Below are positions 50,435-60,882 of a stretch of DNA of 64,000 nt, piece by piece. The stretch covers positions 1,120,635 to 1,184,634 of the forward strand of contig CP050876.1 in the NCBI GenBank assembly GCA_050916035.1, given 5' to 3'. Source of the stretch: Vampirovibrio sp. Its GTDB lineage: Bacteria > Cyanobacteriota > Vampirovibrionia > Vampirovibrionales > JAJTHC01. Position 1 is the first letter of the stretch. Each line of letters begins with the position of its first letter. A model generated the notes under the pieces. The model searched no databases, was not told the DNA's origin, and saw only the letters and a program-made list of their open reading frames with translations. A program made the position numbers and the translations under genes.

Positions 50435-52234
50435 GTGTGTGTAAAGTGCCTGGAGTATCTTCTGATGACGCTGCTAAATTCTTCTTTTTCTCCTCTCTTA
50501 TCTAATGAAGCGGTGGCCAAACGGCTTGAAGAACATCAAGACTATTTTAAGGTGATACAACCGTATAGTTTGGATTTATATGAAAATTTAGGGCGTTGGC
50601 TTCCTTGTATTCAGCATTATGATGCCTTTACATTGAAGCCTACCCAGCAGCAGGATATTGACGATAAATTAAAGCACTTGATTCGGATGCTTCAAGACCA
50701 TTATGCTTTTACCCCTGTGGAGCTTTCCATGGTGGAAACGGTGGGTACTTGGGGCCTTTCTTTTTTGGAAAAACAAGGCTTCGCAGATGCGGTAGACCAT
50801 AGTCTAAAAGTGGCTTTCACCGCGGTGGCTTTATGTCGCTATTTGGAATTGCCTCGTGAAATATACAGCATGGCGGTTTTGGTCAGCTTACTTCATGACC
50901 CTAAAGATCAAGTGGATGAGGACACACAAATAGCGGTTTTAGTGAGCCATCCTTCTTTGGCTTCTGCCTTGTTGACGTTGTTTCTTAGTCCAGAAGCTTC
51001 CCAAACCATAGGGGTCCCTTGTCTCTTAGAACATTTAGAAGCCATTGCTCAATACTACGACGTTTCTTCAGTTGACCTGGCCGTTTCCGCGGTGAGTGCC
51101 CTGATGGAAAATATAGATTCGGGTTTTGTGGTGGAAGGCGGCTTTGTGAAGTATTTAAATCAAGTACATCATGAAAAATCATGCCAGAAAAATTCCCTAA
51201 TTGTAGAGGCGACTCCTTTTGCGATGGAAGGGGCTTTAGAATTGGCCGAATCCATTCGTATGCAATATCTTAGTCAACTGTTTTGTGTGGAAGGAGACGA
51301 GAGCGCTTCCCCTGATTCTGGTTTTTTGGAGAATACGGATTTAGAAAAAGTGGCGAAAGAAATTCACATTCGCAGTGGATATCCTCATGTGCCTCCTCTT
51401 CCTATCAGTGATGTTTTAATTAGCCACACCCACTTGCAAAAAGAGCATCAAACGTGTCAGCAATTGGGCGCCATACTGGGAGCCGCGGACAACGGACAAC
51501 TGAACGGTTATAAAATTATAGAACATAGTACGGCAGACTATATTACTCGAATTCAGGAGGCTTTTGACGCTCCGTCGTCGTCTTATCTCAATCAGTGGAT
51601 CAGCGTTTGTCACCGTTATCATTTAACATTACCCGCTTGTTTGGATGCCCATCAATTTTCGATGCATTCCCATCCCTCTTTGATGGTCAACGCCTTTGGT
51701 GAATCACTGTGGCGTTCCGTCATTGAAAATTACTTATACCTAAAAAACAATGTCAGCCATATCATTGCCTTGCATTATGTGGTGAGAGAAGGGATTGCCT
51801 TTATCGCTGGCTTACAACGTTATAGCGAAAGCATTGGCTTTGGCAGCCTTTGTTTGTCTTCTCGTTTTGGAGATTTTCTTACGGCGGATTCTTGGCTGGA
51901 CGCGTTAGAAGAAATTGCCTATGACGAAGAATTTTTATGTCTCTTGTACCACGAAATTAATGAATGGTGTGAAGAATCTTTACTACAATGGCCTGACGAA
52001 CTTCCTTTAGACTTAAGTGCTTTTTTACGGATTTATAAGCAGGAAACGGAACGGATTGAAGTGGTTTTACCCTTAATCCCAGAAGGGCGACTTCCCATAG
52101 AGGCTTTAAAAGAAACGGCTTCCTCAGCGCAGTATTTTTCAATTCAACGAAATAATGCTGAAAAACAGCTTGATGATATTTCTACCGTGTCTTCGGGCGA
52201 TCTTATGAATTCATGGAAGGCTTATGTCTTGTAA
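50435..52234 (+). CDS. hypothetical protein (599 aa)
   Basis: Long ORF immediately downstream of the sigma factor gene. No recognisable domains. Confidence 0.4.
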   Translation: MCVKCLEYLLMTLLNSSFSPLLSNEAVAKRLEEHQDYFKVIQPYSLDLYENLGRWLPCIQHYDAFTLKPTQQQDIDDKLKHLIRMLQDHYAFTPVELSMVETVGTWGLSFLEKQGFADAVDHSLKVAFTAVALCRYLELPREIYSMAVLVSLLHDPKDQVDEDTQIAVLVSHPSLASALLTLFLSPEASQTIGVPCLLEHLEAIAQYYDVSSVDLAVSAVSALMENIDSGFVVEGGFVKYLNQVHHEKSCQKNSLIVEATPFAMEGALELAESIRMQYLSQLFCVEGDESASPDSGFLENTDLEKVAKEIHIRSGYPHVPPLPISDVLISHTHLQKEHQTCQQLGAILGAADNGQLNGYKIIEHSTADYITRIQEAFDAPSSSYLNQWISVCHRYHLTLPACLDAHQFSMHSHPSLMVNAFGESLWRSVIENYLYLKNNVSHIIALHYVVREGIAFIAGLQRYSESIGFGSLCLSSRFGDFLTADSWLDALEEIAYDEEFLCLLYHEINEWCEESLLQWPDELPLDLSAFLRIYKQETERIEVVLPLIPEGRLPIEALKETASSAQYFSIQRNNAEKQLDDISTVSSGDLMNSWKAYVL

Positions 52235-52305
52235 AAGTGTAAATGCAGACTTTAAGATTGATGCTTCACTATGTTTCCGCTAGGCTAGCTTAAGCATAGA
52301 TTTGA

Positions 52306-53163
52306 ATGTCTGACGTATCAATTGAAAAGGATGATAAGCACATGGCAGAACTTTCGACACCTTTTGCGTTTTATAATGAAGAAAATGCCGTGGCCGATAT
52401 TGGCGTTTTTGGCGGTTCTGGATTTTATCAATTTTTAGAAAACACCAAAACCCTTCGTCTTGAAACGCCCTTTGGTTCACCGAGTGACGACATTACCTTA
52501 GGAGAAATACACGGAAAACGGGTGGCTTTTTTACCTCGCCATGGTAAGCAACATCATATTGCGCCTCACCGTATTAACTATAAAGCCAATGTGTGGGCCA
52601 TGAAAAGTCTAGGGGTGCATACGGTTATTTCTCCTTGTGCGGCAGGAAGCCTTCAAAAAGCGGTAGCCCCCGGTCATGTGGTGATTTGTGATCAATATGT
52701 AGACCGTACGCATAGTCGTGGAGATACCTTCTATGAAGGGTCCTTAATTACCCATGTATCCGCAGCGGATCCCTTTGATGAAGCGGGACGCCAGTGGGCG
52801 ATTCAAGCCGCCAAAGAAGCAGGTTTAACGGTACATGAAACAGGTACGGTGGTGGTGATTCAGGGGCCTCGTTTTTCGACGAAGGCGGAAAGTCAATGGT
52901 TCCGCAATCAAGGTTGGGAAGTGATCAACATGACCCAATACCCTGAAGTACATTTAGTCAAAGAGCTCAATCTTTACCCCATTAGTATTGCGCTGATTAC
53001 CGATTATGATTCAGGGGTGGATGGGATTCCTCCTGTAAGCCATGGTGAAGTCATGCAATTTTTCAATCAAAATGTGGTGAACGTGAAAACCTTACTTTTT
53101 AACTTGATTGAAAAAATACCCGCGCGTCGTCCCTTGCCTGATTACGTCCCCAGCGAACGATAG
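52306..53163 (+). CDS. mtnP: S-methyl-5'-thioadenosine phosphorylase (purine nucleoside phosphorylase family)
   Basis: IGVFGGSGFY and RHGKQHHIAPHRINYKANVWA..GVHTVIS.CAAGSL are MTAP/PNP-I motifs. Confidence 0.75.
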   Translation: MSDVSIEKDDKHMAELSTPFAFYNEENAVADIGVFGGSGFYQFLENTKTLRLETPFGSPSDDITLGEIHGKRVAFLPRHGKQHHIAPHRINYKANVWAMKSLGVHTVISPCAAGSLQKAVAPGHVVICDQYVDRTHSRGDTFYEGSLITHVSAADPFDEAGRQWAIQAAKEAGLTVHETGTVVVIQGPRFSTKAESQWFRNQGWEVINMTQYPEVHLVKELNLYPISIALITDYDSGVDGIPPVSHGEVMQFFNQNVVNVKTLLFNLIEKIPARRPLPDYVPSER

Positions 53164-53169
53164 AGACCC

Positions 53170-53535
53170 CATAGAATTTCACCAGAAGTCTTTTCAAAGC
53201 AGACGTCCACGCACTAAATCCGAGCGGGTGAGCGAATGGCGAATCCCCGAGCGATTTTGCGGACGTCGTTCAAAGGAATGATGCGACGAGGTGGGTCAAA
53301 AGGGGGAGGATTTTCAAGGAGGGGGAAATGAGGGAGGAGAAACGCAATGCGTCCTCCCTTTCCCCCTCCTTGAACGGATTTAGAGGTGTTGGAGACCTTT
53401 TTCCGCGAAAAGGTCTCTGACGTCGCCAGCTAAAAACAAAAGCCAGCCATCCAAAAAAAACTCTCATTTAAAGGGGTGGAGAACCTTTTTCCGCAAAAAG
53501 GTCTCTGACGGCACAAGCCAAAAACGAAGCGAGGA
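53170..53535 (-). repeat. dispersed intergenic repeat, copy 3 (reverse orientation, core duplicated)
   Basis: The reverse complement of copies 1 and 2. The palindromic core GAGACCTTTTTCCGCGAAAAGGTCTC occurs twice (53391-53420 and 53479-53508). It lies between the convergent genes mtnP and 53538-56165. Confidence 0.8.
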
Positions 53536-53537
53536 CT

Positions 53538-56165
53538 CTAGGGCGATGCTTTTTTTTGAGCCAAGGCTTTTTGAGTCTTTACGTTTCGGTAAAAGGGAGC
53601 GATTGCCGAAGCGGGTTTGAGCAATGGGGGCTTTTCGTCTGAAGCATGTGTACTGGCGTGTGAGTGATGTAAAGCCTGTACCACGGAAGAATATAAAGAT
53701 CCTGCTAAAGCCATGGCTTCATTAAAGCAGAAAATCGAACCCGCGCAACATCCGTTCGCACAGACGGCTCCGCCTGCTCCTGCCATAATCGCCCATGCTT
53801 TTACCACTTGTGGATTATGCCCATTAATGTGGTCCGCCTTACTGGTATACAATTGTAATTCTTGAATAAAGGCATCCCGCGCTTCTGGCGACCACTTGTT
53901 TTTGTCCAGCACGGCCTTTATGTTGGCTTGCGTGTCAGGGGCGATATGGCCGTCTTGGTGTAAAGGCTTCAGGACGGCCAAGGCTCGGGTGACGTGATTA
54001 AAATTGTCTGCCAAGGTGGACTTCGGTTTTAAGACCTCAGGCGCTTCATGCAGGTGTTGAGCAATGGCTTTTAAACTGGCTAAGCCTCCAATGCCTTCGT
54101 GTTCTAAACCGTGAAGTAAATCAGGCTGTTCTTTCAAGAGTTTGGCTATAGCGTCGCCACTGAACACCCAGTGAAAGATGTCGCCGCCATTGGCATCATG
54201 CGGATCAAAGGTGGAGGTGCCTTTTTTAGGGGCTTCAGGGGCATGGTGATGATGGTCATCTTCGCAGTGGGCGTGGTCATGGTGTATTTCGGGCCTAGAA
54301 GCGCTAGAAAAATCGGTGTTTTGTTTTGAAAAGTCAATATCCCTCAGTGAATGGCTACTTGTACATTTCGCATCCGTACAGGCGTGAACGAAGTTTTCCT
54401 TAAAGGATTCATATTCTTGTGGGTTAGAATGCCGTTGTAATAGACGTGTATATATTGCCTCTAAATCATCAACAGGATCATTAACACCTATCGTAGCACC
54501 AAGACTACCCATTCCAAAGGCTGAGTTTACATTTCTGCCTGCTTCGGATTTTTCTCTGTGCTTCGCTATTGCTGCCATTGCCTTTGCGATCAATTCCGTA
54601 TTATGGATATCATCTTCTGGTTCAAAAACTTGGGTATGTATGTTTTTCGATACCGTATTAAAAGTCAAATGTTCGAGCAGTTCGTTACGAATTTTTAAAT
54701 CTTCCGCCTGAGATTGGGCGTTATGCAACCCGTCTGCCATGTCCTCCCATTCTGCTTCTAAGTCTTCTTGTTCCTCTATTTTGGCTTGACGTTCTGCCTC
54801 ATACGCTTTTTGCGCTTTGGCTTGAAGCAAACGCTCATCATAGGCGTGCGCTTGATCCGCACGACCATGAAACGCCACCGCCTTATAGGCCACTTGCACA
54901 GAGTGTGCCGCGTCTAATTTTTTTAAGGCGTCCTGTTCTAAAACCTCTCGCGCCACTAGGCTAGGGCGAATCAAATCAGGGATGGCTTCTTTGGCCAAAC
55001 GGGCTTCCACTTCCTGATGAATCTTCAGGAAGGGATGTTGTTCTTTTTGTGCTAAAAGGGCTTCTAAGGTAGCCGTTTTTTCGCCTAAATTTTGGGTGGT
55101 CATATGCGCAAGTTCAGACTTTAAATAAGGCTGAAAGACTCGGCTTAACCCTTTCGACGTATAAGCCCCCAAAACATCAGAAAAAACAGTCCCTTTATAC
55201 GCTTGGGAAGTCCCCGTTAAAGGGATGGCCCGCAAGATATTATAAAGCTCATGTTCAACGCCCTTGCGATTATTCATACTGGGTTCATGACGGCGATAGT
55301 AGTTGTCTTTCCCCGCGAGTGTGGGGTCGCCCTGTACCAAGAAAGGATCTTCAAACGCGTTTTTAAAAACCTGACCCACTTGATTTAAACGTTTAGTCTG
55401 CCACGCGGTTTTAAGCGATTCCCGCACTCCGTTGACGACGCCATCCACATGATGCACCGTATTGATGTACCAGCCTTTTTCCCCTCCCCATAAGGGGCGT
55501 TCAGTCGTGGCGTGGGCAAAGGGATTTTTAAGTTCCATTAAGCCCAAGTGAACCCGTGGAAACAAGGCCAGAGCGCCTACCGCGGTGACGCCTGAAACCG
55601 CTAAGCCACTAAGACCCTTGGCGAGGGATTTTTGATTGGCGGACCAGTCCTTTTGATCATCAATACCCTCTTCTATTTTTTCGTGCGCCGTACTAGCGAC
55701 CAAAGCGGACCCTGCGAGTAAAGGGGCCATGGTTAAAAAATGAGCCGTTTTCATCCCGATGCTACCAGGAATCATGGCATGAAATGCAGCACCTAATTCT
55801 AAGGCCAGTAAAGGAGAAGCCAGACTTAAACCGATGCCTTTATTGATCATCGACACCGCACTCATTAAGCCCAAAGCTTTTAAAACCGCCAAGGGCGTGG
55901 GTTGAAATAAGGCAGAACTTTCGACTCTAGGACGAAGCCATGAGGGAACATTCGTCCCTTTTCCCACTTTTTTACGGGCGAAATTCAAAACAGATTCTTG
56001 ATTGCCCAAGGCGATGATGGCCCCCCCCAGCAGGAGTCCACTGCCTACTTGAGTCCATTTATTTTCAGGTTCATGTTGATCATGTACAGCCGTGTCATGT
56101 TGATGCCCAACGCGTGGCTGCAAAGCAACCACAGGGATAGTCAAAGACGAAGAGCTTACACGCAT
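53538..56165 (-). CDS. large hypothetical protein with N-terminal hydrophobic segments and His-rich stretch
   Basis: 875 aa with several hydrophobic helices in the first 250 aa and HHDHAHCEDDHHHHAPE. No catalytic motif recognised. Confidence 0.4.
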   Translation of the reverse strand: MRVSSSSLTIPVVALQPRVGHQHDTAVHDQHEPENKWTQVGSGLLLGGAIIALGNQESVLNFARKKVGKGTNVPSWLRPRVESSALFQPTPLAVLKALGLMSAVSMINKGIGLSLASPLLALELGAAFHAMIPGSIGMKTAHFLTMAPLLAGSALVASTAHEKIEEGIDDQKDWSANQKSLAKGLSGLAVSGVTAVGALALFPRVHLGLMELKNPFAHATTERPLWGGEKGWYINTVHHVDGVVNGVRESLKTAWQTKRLNQVGQVFKNAFEDPFLVQGDPTLAGKDNYYRRHEPSMNNRKGVEHELYNILRAIPLTGTSQAYKGTVFSDVLGAYTSKGLSRVFQPYLKSELAHMTTQNLGEKTATLEALLAQKEQHPFLKIHQEVEARLAKEAIPDLIRPSLVAREVLEQDALKKLDAAHSVQVAYKAVAFHGRADQAHAYDERLLQAKAQKAYEAERQAKIEEQEDLEAEWEDMADGLHNAQSQAEDLKIRNELLEHLTFNTVSKNIHTQVFEPEDDIHNTELIAKAMAAIAKHREKSEAGRNVNSAFGMGSLGATIGVNDPVDDLEAIYTRLLQRHSNPQEYESFKENFVHACTDAKCTSSHSLRDIDFSKQNTDFSSASRPEIHHDHAHCEDDHHHHAPEAPKKGTSTFDPHDANGGDIFHWVFSGDAIAKLLKEQPDLLHGLEHEGIGGLASLKAIAQHLHEAPEVLKPKSTLADNFNHVTRALAVLKPLHQDGHIAPDTQANIKAVLDKNKWSPEARDAFIQELQLYTSKADHINGHNPQVVKAWAIMAGAGGAVCANGCCAGSIFCFNEAMALAGSLYSSVVQALHHSHASTHASDEKPPLLKPASAIAPFYRNVKTQKALAQKKASP

Positions 56166-56463
56166 AGAGATACCTTTGGTGGGTCATATAGTATTTTAAT
56201 AATCAACCATACAGCGTCTCTTCGTTGTCACTACGATTCTCGATGTGCTTATGTACGTCTTTAGTACACTTCACACCTCTGCGAGTCTAGGCTCCTAGAA
56301 TAGCCTACTGTCTGCTTAATTATTAAAAACACTATAAAAAGTTTTCAAACCGAACACGAAACTTCTTTTAAGCTTACTTATAGCCCAAGTATCTTCAAAA
56401 TGCAACACTGTTGTATAAAATATTACATTTCGTTAGAATTAAATTGACGATGCAACCGTCTAT

Positions 56464-57276
56464 TTAGTAAAATAAGGCACTAATGATATAGTCTAACAAG
56501 GCCATCACAATAAAACTCCAGACCACGGCTTTGGTCACCGATTTGGCCGATTCATTGCTAGAACGGCTAGAGGTAAAGCCCACACTACAGCATAATAAGC
56601 CAATCATACCTGCAAAAACCACAGATTTTAAAAATAAGACCCCAATATCCTTCATTTCAATAAATTCACGCACAGAGTCTAAATACGTGGTATAAGGAAT
56701 GCCTGCAATAAAATTAGCCGTATACATTCCCCCTAAAATACCCAAACTGGTGCCGATGAGCGTTAAAAACGGTAATACAATTAAAGTCGCCACGACACGC
56801 GGAATCATCAGGTAACGAATGGGATTCATTTGCAGAACCTTTAGCGCATCAAGCTGATTATTACTTTTCATGACGGTAATTTCCGCAGCAAAGGCGGAGC
56901 CTGCCATGGCAATCACGGAAAAGCCTGTCATCACGGGGCCGAGTTCTCGAACCATCGCCACCGATACCAAGGCGCCTACGAACGGTGTTCCGCCTTGATC
57001 CGCCATATCTTTGGCGACTTGCATCGCCAGCACCGCCCCTAAAGTCCCTGTGAGTAATAGCGACATCGGTAGGCTGTCCCACCCGACAAACGCAATTTTT
57101 TCTAGAATAGCAGGCCAGCTTCCATGCCCTTTTAGGATATAGCGACACATGATGCTCCCGTCAATCACGGCAAAGCCCATGGTTTCTAAAATACCTGACA
57201 AGGGTTCTAAGCACCACGCGAAAAAACGTCGAGTCAAGGGAAATAAAGGTTCGGACGAGGATCGAGACATACGCAA
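56464..57276 (-). CDS. mlaE: MlaE/YrbE-family ABC transporter permease (lipid asymmetry maintenance)
   Basis: GPVMTGFSVIAMAGSAFAAEITVMKSNNQLDALKVLQMNPIRYLMIPRVVA matches the MlaE conserved EAL..G..P core. Confidence 0.75.
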   Translation of the reverse strand: MRMSRSSSEPLFPLTRRFFAWCLEPLSGILETMGFAVIDGSIMCRYILKGHGSWPAILEKIAFVGWDSLPMSLLLTGTLGAVLAMQVAKDMADQGGTPFVGALVSVAMVRELGPVMTGFSVIAMAGSAFAAEITVMKSNNQLDALKVLQMNPIRYLMIPRVVATLIVLPFLTLIGTSLGILGGMYTANFIAGIPYTTYLDSVREFIEMKDIGVLFLKSVVFAGMIGLLCCSVGFTSSRSSNESAKSVTKAVVWSFIVMALLDYIISALFY

Positions 57277-57597
57277 AAACTTTTCGTGACAAGAGGGATA
57301 CTTTATTTTAATTATACAGGAAAGGCTCTAAATACGTTTGCCTCCCGACAATAATAATATACAAGCAAAGATACGACAACAATCACAAATCTTGCGAAAT
57401 GCGGGCTAATTAGCCTTTACCGCTCATGTGGTGAAGGGGTTTCTCTCTTTAAGGGAAGCAAGTAAGTGTAACATTTACTTGACAGATCAAATAAAATGTG
57501 TATTTTTATGTCATTTGCTTGACTTTATGTTTCTAGTGAGTCAAAATACTCATGAGGCTCATTGACCATGTTGTCAAAGGAGTTCCGTGGGCGTTTT

Positions 57598-58206
57598 CTA
57601 CTTATAGTAGGGGACGCTTTTCTGGTTTTTTAAAAATATGATACACTTGCTCGAAGAGGATTGAAGATTTTGTAAAGACTGAATTTGAGGATATTGTTTT
57701 TCAAGTGTTGTTTTAAACTTTTTTGCCTTGGGGTTGAAATGATATGACGAAATAAGTTGCCAATGGTAATTTCGGTCTTCTAATACAATAAGGTGTGCAA
57801 CATCCCCTTGCCACCATGCATAGGTGTATCTATAGCGTTCTTTTACAAAACGTGTTTCAGTAATCAAGAGTTCATCGTTTTGATACCCATAAGTTAAGAG
57901 TGGACGAATCCATGGGATGCGAATAACTCTATCAAAATCAGGTATTCTGATATTGTAATTTTCAATTTTTTGTGAATGAGGTTCGGCATTTTTGCTTGTT
58001 ACATGATAAAAACTTTCTATATAATTAAGATAACTTTTAGTACTAAAAAGCTTTATAGGCTTATTCTTGAAATGAATTGGGTTTAAACATAAATCTTGTT
58101 CAAAAATTTGATAAGCATTGGCTATTGTCGCATCATAACCTTGTGAATCGAGAGATAGTCGCTCTGGTAACCAAAAAGGTAGCTTCAATTTACTATTGAG
58201 AGACAT
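57598..58206 (-). CDS. hypothetical protein (about 203 aa), partner of DUF3800 gene
   Basis: Low-GC ORF. Chosen start MSLNSKLK gives an ATGA start/stop overlap with the upstream gene. No known domain. Confidence 0.4.
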   Translation of the reverse strand: MSLNSKLKLPFWLPERLSLDSQGYDATIANAYQIFEQDLCLNPIHFKNKPIKLFSTKSYLNYIESFYHVTSKNAEPHSQKIENYNIRIPDFDRVIRIPWIRPLLTYGYQNDELLITETRFVKERYRYTYAWWQGDVAHLIVLEDRNYHWQLISSYHFNPKAKKFKTTLEKQYPQIQSLQNLQSSSSKCIIFLKNQKSVPYYK

Positions 58207-58207
58207 C

Positions 58208-58921
58208 TTAACGACCTCCTTGCAAACGGGGTTGCCAGTGAAAGAGATTGAACTTTGCTTCGCCCAGTGGGGTGGAATGCTTGAGTGTGTAACCACTACG
58301 GTTTTGGATATGCTGAATCAACCTTTGTTTCGCCAAGCTTTCAGGAGGGTTCGGACGGTTATGAGCCATGACGGCTCCCAATAATAAATCCGTCAATTGA
58401 ATCAGTTCGACTTCATGGGAATGCACGGCTTGAATATCTCGAATTAAGTCCATTTGAAAATCATGATTCGCATTACATAAAACATGCTTAAGCTTTTCTC
58501 GCCGTTGGGATCCACAGGTGTCTTTAATATCTAAAAAAATGTGAAAAAATCCTTGATTATGAATGTGGCGGTCGAGTAAAAAATAGTACATTTTGTAGTA
58601 CCAGTCTTCATGCGTTTGATAAAACTGGTCATGCTGTAAATTAACCTTATGAGCGACCAACCCTCTAAAACGTAAGGCGTTATTATCAAAAAAATAATCC
58701 ACCCACGCCAAATAAAAATCCAACTTCGCAGGGGAAACCTTATTCCATTTTACATCCATGCCCTTTAATCCGTGATCTTCTTTAATTTTTCGAAGCGCCT
58801 TATGTGTTTTAGCCACATCTTTATAAGAGCAAGCCATAGCGCCTAAAACCATATTAGGTTGATGATCATGTTCTAAGTGGCAACTTTCATCACAATATAA
58901 AAAGGTCATTTCTTTTTTCAT
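58208..58921 (-). CDS. DUF3800-family protein
   Basis: The N-terminal FLYCDES motif is characteristic of DUF3800. 237 aa, low GC. Confidence 0.55.
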   Translation of the reverse strand: MKKEMTFLYCDESCHLEHDHQPNMVLGAMACSYKDVAKTHKALRKIKEDHGLKGMDVKWNKVSPAKLDFYLAWVDYFFDNNALRFRGLVAHKVNLQHDQFYQTHEDWYYKMYYFLLDRHIHNQGFFHIFLDIKDTCGSQRREKLKHVLCNANHDFQMDLIRDIQAVHSHEVELIQLTDLLLGAVMAHNRPNPPESLAKQRLIQHIQNRSGYTLKHSTPLGEAKFNLFHWQPRLQGGR

Positions 58922-59333
58922 TTCAGTGTCTTTCTATTGTGTAAAGGGACTTAATTCGATTATATTCCAAACAAAAAAAGGATAGTTTTAGTCGCTAGGC
59001 GAAGCCTCTAAAATGGGGTGCTTGAAAAAACCATATACAAGAGAAAATACGGCAACACTTACAAGTCTTGCAAGACAAGGGCTACTTAGCCTCTTATTAT
59101 ACGGTTTTTAGTTTACTTGGCTATAGATTTCTGGAAACCCGCACAAATACTCATAAATGCGTGTCCATTGATAGGGATTAAGACGCAACGAATAGGACAT
59201 ACAAACCCTCCTTTAAAAGAAGTGTATCCTGCCCCTTACTAAATCTCAACAGAACCTATTTCTTATATTCAATAGGAATACGATAATCGTATAAAAACAG
59301 CTCAATTTAATTTGGTGCGCTATTGACCAAACT

Positions 59334-60386
59334 TTACAAGGCATTGCCAAAGGCGGAGGCTTCTGCGTCACGAAGGCGCTGCCGTGCCAAGGCATCCTCC
59401 CCACGATGGACTTGTACCTCATTCAAGGGGACCCATTCAGGGACCTGCGTGTGTCCTTCCCTTCCCACAAAAACCAAATAGGTACTGGCCACCAAACGAG
59501 GCATGCTCCCTGCTTGAGACAAGGCTTCACAGTCGACTTGAACTTCTAAAGCGCCGTCCCATGTTTTGGTCACCACCGCTTTGGGTCTTAAAATATCTGT
59601 AATATAGGTCGGTGCCTTAAAATCCATACGGTCTTGTCGGATACATCGGATTTGGTCATGCCCCACGTGGGAGGTGGCCGCCTTCAGGGCCACATCAAAC
59701 ATATGAGACAAGACGACCCCCCCAAAAATATTTTGCTCTAAACCATTGCCGTCTTCGTCGGTCATAACAAACTGTCCAATCGCACTTGCTTCACTTCCTA
59801 CAATGGGGTGCCATGTGGTTTGAAGTAGTTCTTCTTGTCGATACGTCTTACGTAAATCCGCAGAGCGTTGTAAAAGCTGGTCTTCAGGAGTAATGGGAAG
59901 CAGGGCGGGAATGCAGTTAGCATCCGCCTTGCCTTGGCCTTGTTCAGAAGTCGCGACGGCCACCACATAAGCCGTGGCCACTAGGCGTGTTTCATCCGTA
60001 CGGAAATTCCATGCGGTGACCACCACACGACTTTCCATACTCGTTTTCCATACCCGCGTCATACGCGCATCTAAGGATAAAATTTCCCAAGGGAAAACAG
60101 GCGCGATAAAATCCAAGCGATCAATTGAAGCCGTCACGGGGTTAAGGTTTGCTCCTAAATGGCGTTTAACGGGGATGCATCCTGCAATGTCAATCAACTT
60201 TAACAATTCCCCTACGGGCACGGACCCATGTATCCCTACCATCGAATTAAATAAGGGTACTTGCAAGCGAAACGCACTTTCATCTGCAATTTTAGTGGGC
60301 TTTAAAATTTCGGAATTGGTCTCATGGGGATCGATTTGGGATTGAAACGGCATAGTCAGCATTTTCCTATGATTTAAACTAGTCAT
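59334..60386 (-). CDS. acyl-CoA thioesterase with tandem hotdog domains (ACOT/BFIT-like)
   Basis: Two hotdog-like halves. FGGVVLSHMFDVALKAAT resembles the HGG..L.WMD.AA motif. Start set at 60386 (MTSLNHR) because the longer ORF (to 60653) runs into rnpB. Confidence 0.5.
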   Translation of the reverse strand: MTSLNHRKMLTMPFQSQIDPHETNSEILKPTKIADESAFRLQVPLFNSMVGIHGSVPVGELLKLIDIAGCIPVKRHLGANLNPVTASIDRLDFIAPVFPWEILSLDARMTRVWKTSMESRVVVTAWNFRTDETRLVATAYVVAVATSEQGQGKADANCIPALLPITPEDQLLQRSADLRKTYRQEELLQTTWHPIVGSEASAIGQFVMTDEDGNGLEQNIFGGVVLSHMFDVALKAATSHVGHDQIRCIRQDRMDFKAPTYITDILRPKAVVTKTWDGALEVQVDCEALSQAGSMPRLVASTYLVFVGREGHTQVPEWVPLNEVQVHRGEDALARQRLRDAEASAFGNAL

Positions 60387-60469
60387 CGCTACAGTATAAA
60401 TTAAAAAACGTGACCGTACACAAGTGAACGTCGTCTTAAAGTGATTGAAGGAGGCTTGTTTAAAAAATA

Positions 60470-60882
60470 GCGTGTGGTGTAAGCCGGGTTCTGTTTTTAT
60501 CGTAATCATCTGTCTTGGGGGAAGGTCACCCTTCACTCCTCTAGCGGCGTATGTTCTTCGCTTGTTCCGCCGAGCAGACGTTTTGAACAAGCCTCTAACA
60601 AACACTAGCCTTGCACCCAGTTGGGGTTTACCTAGCCATGGTCTTACGGCCATGCTGGTGAGCTCTTACCTCACCGTTGCACCTTCGCCTGCGTTCCAAA
60701 CGAATCCACCCAAAGGTGTTTTCCGTTCATTCACATCGGCTGTCTTCATTTCTGTGGCACTTTCCTCACGGTTGCCCGCACCAGGCGTTACCTGGCGACT
60801 CGCCCTTGGGAGCCCGGACTTTCCTCAGGTTGGTGGACAGTACAAAAGTTCCGTCCCCACCCCGCGATTACGTACCACACGC
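60470..60882 (-). ncRNA. rnpB: RNase P RNA, bacterial type A
   Basis: The minus strand contains GAGGAAAGTCCGGGCTCC (P4 5' strand), GGTGCAACGGTGAGGTAAGAGCTCACC (GGTGCGGTAAGAGCGCACC consensus), ACAGAAATGAAGACAGCC and the 3' ACAGAACCCGGCTTA. GCGTGTGGT at the 5' end pairs with ACCACACGC at the 3' end (P1). Confidence 0.85.

Noticed and set aside
53538-56165. Calling the 875-aa His-rich protein an Inc-like or type III effector
   Set aside because: Only hydrophobic N-terminal segments and a His-rich stretch support this. There is no secretion signal or family motif that can be verified by eye, so it is too speculative.
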